64,000 nt of DNA from Bacteroidaceae bacterium (GCA_017410245.1 JAFQRE010000044.1:40014-104013); one strand, 5' to 3'; shown: positions 1 through 10,441, numbered from the stretch's first letter. A program made the numbers and translations. Notes: generated by a model not told the origin, from the letters alone.

Positions 1-1131
1 CTCACCTACGAGGGCGCATCGCATCGATTTGTCAATCAGTCATCACAAGAAGACCACTCGTTTTTCAAGAATACATACCTAACGTACGATGGTACCAATG
101 AGGTATCGAGCTATTGGGCTTTGGCCAATACAGTGGGACTGACCATTCACGAAGGACTGAGCAAATACTTCCCCATGGGCTTGGGTGCATACGCCACCTA
201 TGAGGTGCGCAAGTTCAATCAGGTAGTAGATACTTTCCCTCAATCGTCATCACTAACACCTATGCCCGACCATAATATAGCGGCACAAACTACCCAACAC
301 GCATTGTGGATAGGCGGACAGTTGTGGAAACGACAAGGCTCATGGCTTACCTATGAGGCCAATGCACGCGTAGGACTGGTAGATGCCGTAATGGGCGATA
401 TAGACATTACCGGTAAGATAGGCACCAAAATACCTGTCTGGAACGACACATTGAGCATACAAGGCAATGTATTGTTCAAGAATACTACACCCTCGTTTTT
501 CTACAAGCAATATATCTCAAACCACTTTATCTGGGACAACGATTTCGGCAAGACTCGTCGCCTGCGAGTAGGTGGAGAAATATCATTCCCCAAGACAGGC
601 ACACACATACATGCGGGTTTTGAGAATATTCAGAATTATATCTACTTCGACCAAGAGTGCCTACCTCGCCAAGAGAGTAACAACATACAAGTCATAAGTG
701 CTACATTGCGACAAAACTTCAAGGTGAGTATCTTCCATCTCGACCTCGAAGGCACCTATCAGCTATCTTCCAACCAAGGGGTGCTACCATTACCCACGTT
801 TAGTGCATACGGCAATTTCTACCTACTCTTCCCCATTGCCAAGGTATTGCACCTGCAAGTGGGAGTTGATTGCAACTGGTACTCGGCCTTCAAGGCACCT
901 GCATACCAACCGGCACTCATCTCACGATACAACCAAGACGAGATAGAGATAGGAAACTATCCGTTTATGAACGTATATGTAAATGCCAAACTCAAGAAAG
1001 CTCGCTTCTACATCATGTACTCACACTTCAACCAAGGGTTATTTGGTGGTAACAACTACTTCACCATTCCCCACTACCCACTCAATCCGGCGATGCTTCA
1101 ATTAGGCGTATCGGTCGATTTTGCCAACTAA
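1..1131 (+). CDS. Outer-membrane beta-barrel protein, C-terminal 376 codons (putative-porin-like); 5' end is outside the window
   Basis: Frame 1 is open from base 1 and continuous with listed ORF 121..1131. Alternating aromatic/polar beta-strand pattern (FYIMYSHFNQG, LQLGVSVDFAN). The family name is from memory, not a search. Confidence 0.55.
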   Translation, partial: LTYEGASHRFVNQSSQEDHSFFKNTYLTYDGTNEVSSYWALANTVGLTIHEGLSKYFPMGLGAYATYEVRKFNQVVDTFPQSSSLTPMPDHNIAAQTTQHALWIGGQLWKRQGSWLTYEANARVGLVDAVMGDIDITGKIGTKIPVWNDTLSIQGNVLFKNTTPSFFYKQYISNHFIWDNDFGKTRRLRVGGEISFPKTGTHIHAGFENIQNYIYFDQECLPRQESNNIQVISATLRQNFKVSIFHLDLEGTYQLSSNQGVLPLPTFSAYGNFYLLFPIAKVLHLQVGVDCNWYSAFKAPAYQPALISRYNQDEIEIGNYPFMNVYVNAKLKKARFYIMYSHFNQGLFGGNNYFTIPHYPLNPAMLQLGVSVDFAN

Positions 1132-1140
1132 CATGAGGTT

Positions 1141-2010
1141 ATGAAAAAGAGAGTGATTGTACCCATATCTATTATTGTCGCTATAGTAATACTCATTGTT
1201 ATAGGCACAAGGATTGTACGCATAGAGACCGACTATAACGTCGCACACGACTATGACGATATAATAAAACGCGGTGCTATCAATGTAGCCGTCAACTACT
1301 CGCCCATATCATACCACATCGAAGGAGACAGCATAACAGGATTTGACTTTGAGCTACTACAGATGCTCAGTGAGGTATCGGGCATTGAGTTTAACATTCA
1401 CCCCGAAGCAAGTTACGCCCGCAGTATAGACCTGCTCAACAACCGCACCTACGACATCGTAGCGCAACAAATACCTATCACAAGCGAGAACAAACAGGAG
1501 TATATCTTCAGCAAGCCCCTGTTGCTCAACAAGCAAGTACTCATACAACGCATCGATTCAACAGGCAACACCGGCATAAGAAATCAACTCGACTTGAAAG
1601 GTTGCACCCTGCACATAGCACAAGACACCCCCACTCGACTACGCATCGAAAACTTGGCGCAAGAGATAGGCGATACCATACATATATGCGAAATGCCCGA
1701 CTATGGAGCTGAGCAACTCATCATTCTTGTTGCCACCGGTGAGATAGACTATGCCGTGTGCGACGAAGCAAGCGCTGTTATCATTGCCGAGGAATACGAC
1801 AACATCGACTACTCTACCGATATAAGTTTCACACAATTCATGTCGTGGACAATGCGTAAGGAGAGTACCAGCCTATGCGATAGCATAAACTCTTGGTTAT
1901 CTGTCGTACAAGAGAGTGACAAGTATAAGCAACTATATACAAGATACTTTGGTACAAAGAACTACTATAAGCATCAACGCATAAATAATAATACAAGCCA
2001 ACCTCTATGA
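1141..2010 (+). CDS. Membrane-anchored substrate-binding-domain protein (SBP_bac_3 / MltF-N-terminal-like)
   Basis: 289 aa. N-terminal TM helix (VIVPISIIVAIVILIVIG), then a periplasmic binding-protein fold pattern (GAINVAVNYSPISYH..GFDFELLQMLS..YDIVAQQIPIT). Its stop overlaps the next start (ATGA at 2007-2010). Confidence 0.6.
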   Translation: MKKRVIVPISIIVAIVILIVIGTRIVRIETDYNVAHDYDDIIKRGAINVAVNYSPISYHIEGDSITGFDFELLQMLSEVSGIEFNIHPEASYARSIDLLNNRTYDIVAQQIPITSENKQEYIFSKPLLLNKQVLIQRIDSTGNTGIRNQLDLKGCTLHIAQDTPTRLRIENLAQEIGDTIHICEMPDYGAEQLIILVATGEIDYAVCDEASAVIIAEEYDNIDYSTDISFTQFMSWTMRKESTSLCDSINSWLSVVQESDKYKQLYTRYFGTKNYYKHQRINNNTSQPL

Positions 2011-2426
2011 GCAAGTATATAGAACACGAAGGAACTATTGTAGCACACACTGCTCCACATAAGTATGCAGTAAAAATTGTGCAACAGTCGGCCTGTGCCA
2101 CGTGCAAGGCTGCTTCGCTATGTACCGTTGCCGAGAGCAAGGAAAAGATAATAGATGCCGAAACAGACGATACCACACTGAGTATAGGCGACAACGTTAT
2201 AGTATATGCCCGCACCACAATGGGCTACAAGGCACTTGTATTGGCCATCATCATACCATTGTTTATTGCTATTGGCACATTGCTCATTGTCAGTCAGTTT
2301 ATCACCAATGAACTAACAACAGGGCTACTCACACTATGTGTTCTTATACCATACTACATTGTATTGTGGCTTATGCGCAAACGTTTGGAACAGCAATTTA
2401 TATTCTATATAAAACAGAAAATATAG
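2007..2426 (+). CDS. rseC: RseC/MucC-family protein (SoxR-reducing-system RseC-like), usual Rnf companion
   Basis: 139 aa. N-terminal Cys-containing soluble part (QQSACATCKAASLC) followed by two TM helices. Sits directly upstream of rnfB. Confidence 0.65.
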   Translation: MSKYIEHEGTIVAHTAPHKYAVKIVQQSACATCKAASLCTVAESKEKIIDAETDDTTLSIGDNVIVYARTTMGYKALVLAIIIPLFIAIGTLLIVSQFITNELTTGLLTLCVLIPYYIVLWLMRKRLEQQFIFYIKQKI

Positions 2427-2447
2427 TATTGAACCTAAATATATAAA

Positions 2448-3311
2448 ATGGATATCATCACAATCTCTATTATTTCGTTAGCCTCTATAGGAGCTATTGC
2501 AGCGCTAATACTTTATGTAATAGCCCAACGCTTCAAGGTAGAAGAAGACCCTCGCATCGACGAGGTGGAACAGCTACTACCGGGAGCCAATTGTGGAGGG
2601 TGTGGCAAGGCAGGTTGTCGCAACTTTGCCGAGTCGTGTGTCAATGCCCATTCACTCGAAGGCATGTTATGCCCTGTGGGTGGTAATGAAACGATGAAAA
2701 AGATAGCATCGGTATTGGGCAAAGAGGCTCACGAAGCCGAGGCTCGTGTGGCTGTTGTACGTTGCAATGGTACGTGCCAATATCGCCCCCGCACCGGCAT
2801 CTACGAGGGTGCGTCCAATTGTGCTATTATCAACAGCCTCTATGCAGGCAATACAGGTTGTGCCTACGGCTGTTTGGGCTGTGGCGATTGCGTATCGGTG
2901 TGCAGCCTTGGTGCCATCAGTATAGACCCCAACACCGGACTGCCGGTTGTAGATATAGATATATGTGGAGGTTGCGGAGCTTGTGCTCGTGCTTGCCCAC
3001 GCAACATCATAGAGGTGCGCCGAAAAGGGCCCAAAGGTCGTGGCGTATATGTGAGTTGTGTAAACAAAGATAAGGGAGGTATAGCTCGCAAAGCATGCGA
3101 TGTAGCTTGCATAGGCTGTGGCAAATGCGCCAAAGAGTGTAAGTTTGAGGCTATTACCATAGCCAACAATGTGTCGTACATCGATAGCGACAAGTGTAAG
3201 ATGTGTCGCAAATGTGTCGATGTGTGTCCTACAGGAGCTATTTTAGCAGTCAATTTTCCACCCAAGAAAGTTGTTGAGCCTACCGAAACAACAACTCAAC
3301 AAAAGCAATAA
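2448..3311 (+). CDS. rnfB: Rnf electron-transport complex subunit B (polyferredoxin)
   Basis: N-terminal TM helix and multiple Fe-S Cys motifs (CGGCGKAGC, CGDCVSVC, CGGCGACARACP, CGKCAKEC, CRKCVDVCP). Confidence 0.9.
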   Translation: MDIITISIISLASIGAIAALILYVIAQRFKVEEDPRIDEVEQLLPGANCGGCGKAGCRNFAESCVNAHSLEGMLCPVGGNETMKKIASVLGKEAHEAEARVAVVRCNGTCQYRPRTGIYEGASNCAIINSLYAGNTGCAYGCLGCGDCVSVCSLGAISIDPNTGLPVVDIDICGGCGACARACPRNIIEVRRKGPKGRGVYVSCVNKDKGGIARKACDVACIGCGKCAKECKFEAITIANNVSYIDSDKCKMCRKCVDVCPTGAILAVNFPPKKVVEPTETTTQQKQ

Positions 3312-3330
3312 CCAACTACCCTGATTGACT

Positions 3331-4671
3331 ATGAAAACATTCAGAATAGGCGGTGTTCACCCCCGCGAAAACAAACTGACAGCAGGAGCCCCCATTACCC
3401 ATGCTTCGCTACCCAAGCAAGCAATTATCTTGCTATCGCAACACATAGGAGCTCCGGCCGAAGCTATTGTTGCCAAAGGCGACATGGTGAAGGTGGGCAC
3501 ATTGCTTGCCAAAGCCAATGGCTTTGTATCGGCCAACATACACTCTCCCGTATCGGGCAAAGTGGCAAAAATAGATAACGTAACCGATGCCTCGGGTTAT
3601 CAGAAACCTGCTATATATATAGATGTGGAAGGTGACACATGGGAAGAGAGTATCGACCGCAGCGACGCATTGATAAGTTCATGCAACCTCGATGCCCAAG
3701 CAATTATCAACAAAATAGACCAAATGGGTATTGTAGGTATAGGAGGCGCAACATTCCCTACCAAGGTAAAGCTCATGCCTCCACCCAACATGAAGCCCGA
3801 AGTACTCATCATAAATGCTGTTGAATGCGAGCCTTACCTCACCAACGACCATGCACTGATGCTGGCTAAAGCCGATGAGATAATGGTGGGAGTAGAAATC
3901 TTGATGAAAGCCATCAATGTAACACAAGCATACATAGGAATAGAGGCGAACAAACCCGATGCTATAGAGCTACTTAAACATAAGGCACAAGAACACAAAG
4001 GCATAGAGATAGTGCGCTTGCAATGCCGATACCCTCAAGGTGGAGAGAAGCAACTCATCGATGCTGTCATAGGCCGCCAAGTAGCCAGTGGAGCACTACC
4101 GGTATCGACAGGTGCTGTAGTGCAAAACGTAGCCACAGCCTATGCTGTATATGAAGCTGTACAGAAGAACAAGCCACTCATAGAGCGTATTGTAACCGTC
4201 ACAGGCAAGTCATTAGCGCGTCCCGGCAACTATTTGGCTCGCATAGGCATGCCTGTCTCGCAACTCATTGAGGAGGCCGGAGGACTGCCCGAAAATACCG
4301 GTAAAATAGTATTGGGAGGCCCCATGATGGGTAGAGCCACACAAAACATAGAAGCCCCTACAAGCAAAGGGACATCGGGAATACTGGTCATGGACGATAG
4401 TGAGGCCCACCGCATAGAGCCATCGCCTTGTATAAGATGTGCCAAGTGCGTAGCTGCTTGCCCCATGGGCTTGGAGCCATATCTGCTATCGAAAGCCGTC
4501 GCCATAGGCAACTATGAGATAGCCGAGGAGCGACGCATCTACGACTGCATAGAGTGTGGCTGTTGCTCATACTCCTGTCCGGCTCATCGTCAGCTACTCG
4601 ACTACATACGCTATGGCAAAGGAAAAGTAATGGGCATAATAAGAGCTCGCAACGCCGAGACTAAAAAATAA
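3331..4671 (+). CDS. rnfC: Rnf complex subunit C
   Basis: MKTFRIGGVHP N-terminus; C-terminal 2x[4Fe-4S] motifs CIRCAKCVAACP and CIECGCCSYSCP. The listed ORF starts at TTG 3325; ATG 3331 is preferred. Confidence 0.9.
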   Translation: MKTFRIGGVHPRENKLTAGAPITHASLPKQAIILLSQHIGAPAEAIVAKGDMVKVGTLLAKANGFVSANIHSPVSGKVAKIDNVTDASGYQKPAIYIDVEGDTWEESIDRSDALISSCNLDAQAIINKIDQMGIVGIGGATFPTKVKLMPPPNMKPEVLIINAVECEPYLTNDHALMLAKADEIMVGVEILMKAINVTQAYIGIEANKPDAIELLKHKAQEHKGIEIVRLQCRYPQGGEKQLIDAVIGRQVASGALPVSTGAVVQNVATAYAVYEAVQKNKPLIERIVTVTGKSLARPGNYLARIGMPVSQLIEEAGGLPENTGKIVLGGPMMGRATQNIEAPTSKGTSGILVMDDSEAHRIEPSPCIRCAKCVAACPMGLEPYLLSKAVAIGNYEIAEERRIYDCIECGCCSYSCPAHRQLLDYIRYGKGKVMGIIRARNAETKK

Positions 4672-4708
4672 ATAATACGGTTTACAAAAACACTGCATAA
4701 TACACAAG

Positions 4709-5689
4709 ATGAACAAATTAGTAGTATCACCCTCGCCCCACGTACACAGCGGACTTAGCACAACTCAATGTATGTATGGCGTTTTAATAGCACTTATACC
4801 GGCATTTTTGGTATCGCTATATTACTTTGGCATCGATGCCTTGTTGGTTACGGCCACATCGGTAGTTGCCTGCATCACCTTTGAGTATCTCATTCAGAGA
4901 TACCTGCTTGGCCAACGTAGCACCATCGGCGATGGTTCGGCAATACTCACCGGCGTACTATTGGCATTCAACCTACCGGCCAGCATTCCTTTGTGGATAG
5001 TTGTAGTAGGAGCATTATTTGCCATAGGTATAGGCAAGATGGCCTTTGGCGGCATAGGCAACAACATCTTCAACCCCGCATTGGCAGGCCGCATATTCCT
5101 GCTCATATCATTCCCTCAACAGATGACAACATGGCCCATACCTGCACCATGGGGCATAGGTGTTGATGGACAAACCGGAGCTACAACGCTGAGCATTCTC
5201 AAGCGAGGCAACGTAGAGGAGATTGTCAATATTGACGTATTGGAGACACTTGTGGGCAATGCCGGAGGTAGCTTTGGCGAGGTGAGTGCCATAGCTCTCA
5301 TCATAGGATTTCTCTACCTGTTGTGGAAGAAAATCATCACATGGCACATTCCGGTTTCTATTATAGCCACCGTCTTCTTGTTCTCATTTGCTGTAACAAT
5401 AAGTCAAGGTTGGGAGTATGCCATCATCTTCTCCGAGCTGCAAATCTTCTCGGGAGGCTTGTTGTTGGGAGCCATCTTTATGGCTACCGACTATGTCACA
5501 TCGCCCATGACTCCTGGAGGTATGCTGTTGTATGGCGTGCTTATCGGTATCATCACCGTAGTGATACGCCTTTGGGGAGCATATCCCGAGGGACTTTCGT
5601 TTGCAATTTTCATTATGAATGGAGTGACACCACTTATCAACAAGTATATGACACCTAAAAGATTTGGGGAGGTAAAGAGACATGGCTAA
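4709..5689 (+). CDS. rnfD: Rnf complex subunit D
   Basis: Polytopic membrane protein with the covalent-FMN motif context DGQTGATTLS. 8-nt overlap with rnfG. Confidence 0.9.
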   Translation: MNKLVVSPSPHVHSGLSTTQCMYGVLIALIPAFLVSLYYFGIDALLVTATSVVACITFEYLIQRYLLGQRSTIGDGSAILTGVLLAFNLPASIPLWIVVVGALFAIGIGKMAFGGIGNNIFNPALAGRIFLLISFPQQMTTWPIPAPWGIGVDGQTGATTLSILKRGNVEEIVNIDVLETLVGNAGGSFGEVSAIALIIGFLYLLWKKIITWHIPVSIIATVFLFSFAVTISQGWEYAIIFSELQIFSGGLLLGAIFMATDYVTSPMTPGGMLLYGVLIGIITVVIRLWGAYPEGLSFAIFIMNGVTPLINKYMTPKRFGEVKRHG

Positions 5690-6341
5690 GATAAAATCGA
5701 GTATAGTCAATATGGTATTGGTGCTCACTATCATCACCGCATTGGTAGGAGCCATACTCGGCAGTGTATATAAACTCACCGAAGCTCCCATATCCCAAGC
5801 CAATGCTAAGGCTCAAGAAGAGGCCATACGCTACGTCGCACCCGACTTCGACAACAATCCCATTGCCGAGAGCGACACCATTACCGTAGAAGGGCAACAC
5901 ATTATTATATATCCGGCCCTCAAAGATGGAAAAAACGTAGGAGCTGCAGTAAAAGCCTCTACCAACAACGGATTTAACGGCGAGATAGTAGTCATAGCAG
6001 GCTTTGAGGTCGATGGCACTATACGCCAATATCGAGTGCTAAGCCACAGCGAGACACCCGGATTGGGAGCCAAGATGGAACAATGGTTTCGCACCGACAA
6101 GAACAATCAAAGTATCTTGGGACGCAATCCCGAAACTTGCAACCTGACAGTGAGCAAAGATGGTGGCGATATAGATGCAATAACCGCCTCTACCATCACA
6201 TCACGCGCCTTTTTGCAAGTCATCAGCACTGCCTACCAAGCATATATGAAGCGCCCCTTAGATGCTCTATCGAGTAGCACAAAGAAGAGTAGCCAAACAA
6301 CACAACCCACCCAACAAGAGGAGGCCAATAGTCATGAATAA
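5682..6341 (+). CDS. rnfG: Rnf complex subunit G (FMN-binding)
   Basis: N-terminal anchor and FMN_bind-type motif DAITASTITSRA. Overlaps rnfD and rnfE by 8 nt each. Confidence 0.88.
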   Translation: MAKIKSSIVNMVLVLTIITALVGAILGSVYKLTEAPISQANAKAQEEAIRYVAPDFDNNPIAESDTITVEGQHIIIYPALKDGKNVGAAVKASTNNGFNGEIVVIAGFEVDGTIRQYRVLSHSETPGLGAKMEQWFRTDKNNQSILGRNPETCNLTVSKDGGDIDAITASTITSRAFLQVISTAYQAYMKRPLDALSSSTKKSSQTTQPTQQEEANSHE

Positions 6342-6918
6342 ACTCAAAATAATACTCAACGGAATAATTACCGAGAATCCCACATTCGTGTTGTTGCTCG
6401 GTATGTGTCCCACATTGGGCACAACATCATCGGCTCTCAATGGAATGAGTATGGGACTTGCCACCATGTTTGTACTCATGTGTAGCAATGTAGCCATCTC
6501 TTTAATAAAAGACTTTATCCCCGACAAAGTACGCATACCCGCATTTGTCGTTGTTATTGCCGCCTTTGTAACAGTACTACAACTATGTATGCAAGCATAC
6601 CTGCCCGAGCTGTACAAAAGTTTGGGTCTCTTCATACCCCTTATTGTCGTAAACTGCATCATCTTGGGTCGGGCCGAAGCCTTTGCAGCCAAAAACAATC
6701 CATTCGACTCGCTACTTGATGGTATAGGTATAGGACTCGGATTTACACTCTCGCTCACCCTACTCGGAGCCACTCGCGAGTTATTGGGCACAGGTCGTAT
6801 CTTCGACATCACCATCTTCCCCGAGAGTTACGGAGCACTCGCCTTTGTTCTCGCACCCGGAGCATTCATCGCATTAGGCCTGCTCATAGCACTATTCAAT
6901 AAACTAAAAACCCGATAA
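6334..6918 (+). CDS. rnfE: Rnf complex subunit E
   Basis: MNKLKIILNGIITENPTFVLLLGMCPTLG is the typical RnfE/NqrD N-terminus. The listed ORF (6262) has a 24-codon extension lying inside rnfG; ATG 6334 is preferred. Confidence 0.88.
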   Translation: MNKLKIILNGIITENPTFVLLLGMCPTLGTTSSALNGMSMGLATMFVLMCSNVAISLIKDFIPDKVRIPAFVVVIAAFVTVLQLCMQAYLPELYKSLGLFIPLIVVNCIILGRAEAFAAKNNPFDSLLDGIGIGLGFTLSLTLLGATRELLGTGRIFDITIFPESYGALAFVLAPGAFIALGLLIALFNKLKTR

Positions 6919-6922
6919 ACAC

Positions 6923-7504
6923 ATGCTCACATACATATCAATCTTTATCACAGCCGTATTTGTCAATAATATCATATTATCGCAATTTCTCGGCATATGT
7001 CCCTTCTTGGGTGTATCGAAAAAAATCGACTCGGCCATAGGTATGGGTGCAGCTGTTACATTTGTAATGCTTATATCTACTATCGTCACATACCTACTGC
7101 AAGAATACCTGCTCACCCCGTTCAATTTGGGTTATATGCAGACAATCGTATTCATTCTGGTCATTGCCGCTCTGGTACAAATGCTTGAGATAATACTCAA
7201 GAAAGTATCGCCTACACTCTACCAAGCATTGGGTGTGTTTCTGCCACTCATCACAACCAACTGTACCATTCTGGGTGTAGCCATATTAGTCATACAAAAA
7301 GATTACAGCCTTGTAGAGTCGGCAGTATATGCCATATCAACCTCCATAGGTTTCACCCTGGCACTCACTATCTTTGCAGGTATTCGCGAACAGTTGAGCC
7401 TCAACGAAACTCCCAAAGCCATGCAAGGCATACCCATTGCTCTCATTACAGCCGGACTGTTAGCTATGGCTTTCATGGGCTTCTCGGGCGTTAAAATCTG
7501 TTAA
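6923..7504 (+). CDS. rnfA: Rnf complex subunit A
   Basis: FVNNIILSQFLGICPFLGVS and PLITTNCTILG are RnfA/NqrE signatures. 193 aa polytopic membrane protein. Confidence 0.9.
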   Translation: MLTYISIFITAVFVNNIILSQFLGICPFLGVSKKIDSAIGMGAAVTFVMLISTIVTYLLQEYLLTPFNLGYMQTIVFILVIAALVQMLEIILKKVSPTLYQALGVFLPLITTNCTILGVAILVIQKDYSLVESAVYAISTSIGFTLALTIFAGIREQLSLNETPKAMQGIPIALITAGLLAMAFMGFSGVKIC

Positions 7505-7698
7505 TATACAATAATACAACACACAGATAAAAAACTTTTCATATCTTTACAACCGAATAGTGCACTACTGCGATATAAAGATAAAATACTCGCAATAAGC
7601 GCATTAAAAAACAGAGAGAAACACACAATTACAATACCTTAATCATCAGGCACTTGTGATTGTAACGCGATAAGTTTACAATTATTAAAACCTAAGCT

Positions 7699-7926
7699 AT
7701 GGCAAAAATCAAAGGAGCTATTACCGTGAACGCTGAACGTTGCAAAGGCTGCAACTTGTGCGTCGTAGCGTGCCCGTCAGACGTGCTTGCGCTACAACCT
7801 CAAAAAGTAAACCAAAAAGGCTATAACTACGCCTATATGGCAAACCCCGACAACTGCATTGGTTGTGCAAGTTGCGGTATCGTATGTCCCGACGGATGTA
7901 TCGAGGTATATAAAGTGAAACTTTAA
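7699..7926 (+). CDS. 2x[4Fe-4S] ferredoxin, delta subunit of 2-oxoacid:ferredoxin oxidoreductase
   Basis: 75 aa with CKGCNLCVVACP and CIGCASCGIVCP. First gene of a four-gene OFOR cluster. Confidence 0.85.
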   Translation: MAKIKGAITVNAERCKGCNLCVVACPSDVLALQPQKVNQKGYNYAYMANPDNCIGCASCGIVCPDGCIEVYKVKL

Positions 7927-7981
7927 TGCTATATCGCAGCAATGCATATAGAGAGTAACGAACAAACAAAGAAAAACACAT

Positions 7982-9061
7982 ATGAGTGAAGAAGTAAAAT
8001 TGATGAAAGGTAACGAAGCCATCGCTCATGCAGCAATCCGCAGCGGTGCTGACGGATACTTCGGTTACCCTATCACCCCCCAATCGGAGGTTATGGAAAC
8101 ATTGATGGCTGAAAAGCCTTGGGAAACAACCGGTATGGTAGTATTGCAAGCCGAAAGTGAGTTGGCAGCTATCAACATGGTATATGGTGGTGCATGTTGC
8201 GGTAAAGCCGTTATGACTTCATCATCAAGCCCCGGTATCAGTCTAAAACAAGAAGGTATCTCATATTGTGCAGGTGCCGAGCTTCCTTGTCTTATCCTCA
8301 ACGTAATGCGTGGAGGTCCCGGTCTTGGTACTATCCAACCCAGCCAAGCCGACTACTATCAAACTTGTAAGGGTGGTGGTCATGGTGACTATCGTCTCAT
8401 CGTATTGGCTCCCGCATCGGTACAAGAGATGGCCGACTTTGTAAACCTCGGTTTCGACCTCGCATTCAAATATCACAACCCCGCAATGATTCTCTCTGAC
8501 GGTGTTATCGGCCAGATGATGGAGAAAGTTGTTTTGCCTCCCTTCCGCGAGCGTCGCACAGAGGAGCAAATCCGCAAACAAGAGCCTTGGGCAGCTCAAG
8601 GTCGCACACCCGACCGCGCACGCAACGTCATCACTTCATTGGAGATGGACCCCGTTGTTATGGAGCAACGCAACCTCAAGTTGCAAGCTAAATATGCCGA
8701 GATAGAGGCTAACGAAGTACGTTTTGAGACAATCAACTGCGAAGATGCTGACTACTTGATGGTAGCATTTGGTTCTATGGCTCGTATCTGCCAAAAGGCA
8801 ATCGACCTTGCCAAAGAAGAAGGCATCAAACTCGGTTTGTTGCGTCCCATCACATTGTGGCCTTTCCCCACAAAAGCTATTGCAGAAGCAGCTAAGGGCA
8901 AGAAAGGTGTATTGGTAGCCGAGATCAACGCCGGTCAAATGATCGACGATGTTAAGCTCGCCGTAAACTGCAGCCTCCCCGTTGAGCACTTTGGTCGCTT
9001 GGGTGGTATAGTTCCCAGCCCCGAAGAAGTAGTTGCAGCTATCAAAGAGAAACTCATGTAA
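7982..9061 (+). CDS. 2-oxoacid:ferredoxin oxidoreductase alpha subunit (KorA/VorB type)
   Basis: MKGNEAIAHAAIRSGADGYFGYPITPQSE N-terminus is typical of the OFOR alpha subunit. Substrate (2-oxoglutarate vs branched-chain) is not determinable by eye. Confidence 0.85.
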   Translation: MSEEVKLMKGNEAIAHAAIRSGADGYFGYPITPQSEVMETLMAEKPWETTGMVVLQAESELAAINMVYGGACCGKAVMTSSSSPGISLKQEGISYCAGAELPCLILNVMRGGPGLGTIQPSQADYYQTCKGGGHGDYRLIVLAPASVQEMADFVNLGFDLAFKYHNPAMILSDGVIGQMMEKVVLPPFRERRTEEQIRKQEPWAAQGRTPDRARNVITSLEMDPVVMEQRNLKLQAKYAEIEANEVRFETINCEDADYLMVAFGSMARICQKAIDLAKEEGIKLGLLRPITLWPFPTKAIAEAAKGKKGVLVAEINAGQMIDDVKLAVNCSLPVEHFGRLGGIVPSPEEVVAAIKEKLM

Positions 9062-9090
9062 TCAGTGATTACCATTAAAACCTTAAGAAA

Positions 9091-9852
9091 ATGGACGTAA
9101 ACGAAATAATCAAACCCGAAAACCTTGTCTATCGCAAGCCCACCTTGCTCAATGACAATACCATGCACTACTGCCCCGGATGTAGCCACGGCGTAGTACA
9201 CAAACTTGTTGCCGAGATTATCGAAGAAATAGGCATGATGGAAAACACCATCGCTGTATCACCTGTAGGTTGTGCAGTATTTGCTTACAACTATGTAGAT
9301 GTTGACTGGATTCAAGCCGCTCACGGTCGTGCACCAGCAGTAGCTACTGCTGCAAAGCGTCTCAACCCCCACAAGCTCGTCTTCACATACCAAGGTGACG
9401 GTGACCTCGCCGCTATTGGTACTGCCGAGACTATCCACGCTTGTAACCGTGGTGAGAACATCACTATCATCTTCATCAACAACGGTATCTATGGTATGAC
9501 CGGTGGTCAAATGGCTCCCACTACCCTCGAAGGTATGGTAACTGTTACTTGCCCCTACGGCCGTAAACCCGAGTTGAATGGTTATCCCTTGCACATTGGT
9601 GAACTCCTTGCCAAGCTCAAAGGTACTTGCTACGTAACACGTCAAAGTGTGCACACACCTGCTGCTATCCGCAAGACCAAAAAAGCTATCATGAAAGGCT
9701 TTGAGAACTCAATGAACAAGAAAGGTACTTCGGTTATCGAAATCGTATCTACTTGTAACACCGGTTGGAAAATGTCACCCGACAAAGCCAACGTTTGGAT
9801 GGAAGAGAATATGTTCGCCGAGTATCCCATGGGCGATTTGAAAAACGAATAA
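9091..9852 (+). CDS. 2-oxoacid:ferredoxin oxidoreductase beta subunit (TPP-binding)
   Basis: CPGCSHG Cys motif and TPP motif YQGDGDLAAIG...NNGIYGMTGGQ. Confidence 0.85.
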   Translation: MDVNEIIKPENLVYRKPTLLNDNTMHYCPGCSHGVVHKLVAEIIEEIGMMENTIAVSPVGCAVFAYNYVDVDWIQAAHGRAPAVATAAKRLNPHKLVFTYQGDGDLAAIGTAETIHACNRGENITIIFINNGIYGMTGGQMAPTTLEGMVTVTCPYGRKPELNGYPLHIGELLAKLKGTCYVTRQSVHTPAAIRKTKKAIMKGFENSMNKKGTSVIEIVSTCNTGWKMSPDKANVWMEENMFAEYPMGDLKNE

Positions 9853-9867
9853 TCTAAAATTAGAACT

Positions 9868-10416
9868 ATGACACACGAAATAATCATTGCCGGATTTGGT
9901 GGACAAGGTGTCCTCTCAATGGGTAAAATTTTGGCCTACTCGGGTATTATGGAAGGCAAAGAGGTAACTTGGATGCCCGCCTATGGTCCCGAGCAACGTG
10001 GTGGTACTGCCAACGTTACTGTTATCTTGAGCGACGAGCGCATTTCTTCGCCCGTTCTCAACGCCTACGACGTGGCTATCGTACTCAACCAACCTTCACT
10101 TGACAAGTTTGAGAGCAAAGTAAAACCCGGTGGTATCCTCATCTACGATAGCTACGGTATTACTACTCCTCCTACTCGCACCGACATCGAGTGCTATTGC
10201 ATCAACGCTACCGAGATTGCTGCCGAGTTGAACAACTCAAAAGCTTTCAATATGATTGTGATGGGTGGCTTGCTCAAATTGCGTCCCATGGTTACTATGG
10301 ACAGCGTAGTTTTGGGCTTGAAGAAATCTCTTCCTGAGCGTCACCACAAACTTATACCCGCCAACGAAGCTGCTATCAAAGTGGGTATGGAGCGCATTGC
10401 TAAACTTGAAAGATAA
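9868..10416 (+). CDS. 2-oxoacid:ferredoxin oxidoreductase gamma subunit
   Basis: IIIAGFGGQGVLSMGKILA N-terminus and PEQRGGTA motif. Confidence 0.85.
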   Translation: MTHEIIIAGFGGQGVLSMGKILAYSGIMEGKEVTWMPAYGPEQRGGTANVTVILSDERISSPVLNAYDVAIVLNQPSLDKFESKVKPGGILIYDSYGITTPPTRTDIECYCINATEIAAELNNSKAFNMIVMGGLLKLRPMVTMDSVVLGLKKSLPERHHKLIPANEAAIKVGMERIAKLER

Positions 10417-10441
10417 GCCTAACGCTTACTATTCATAACAC

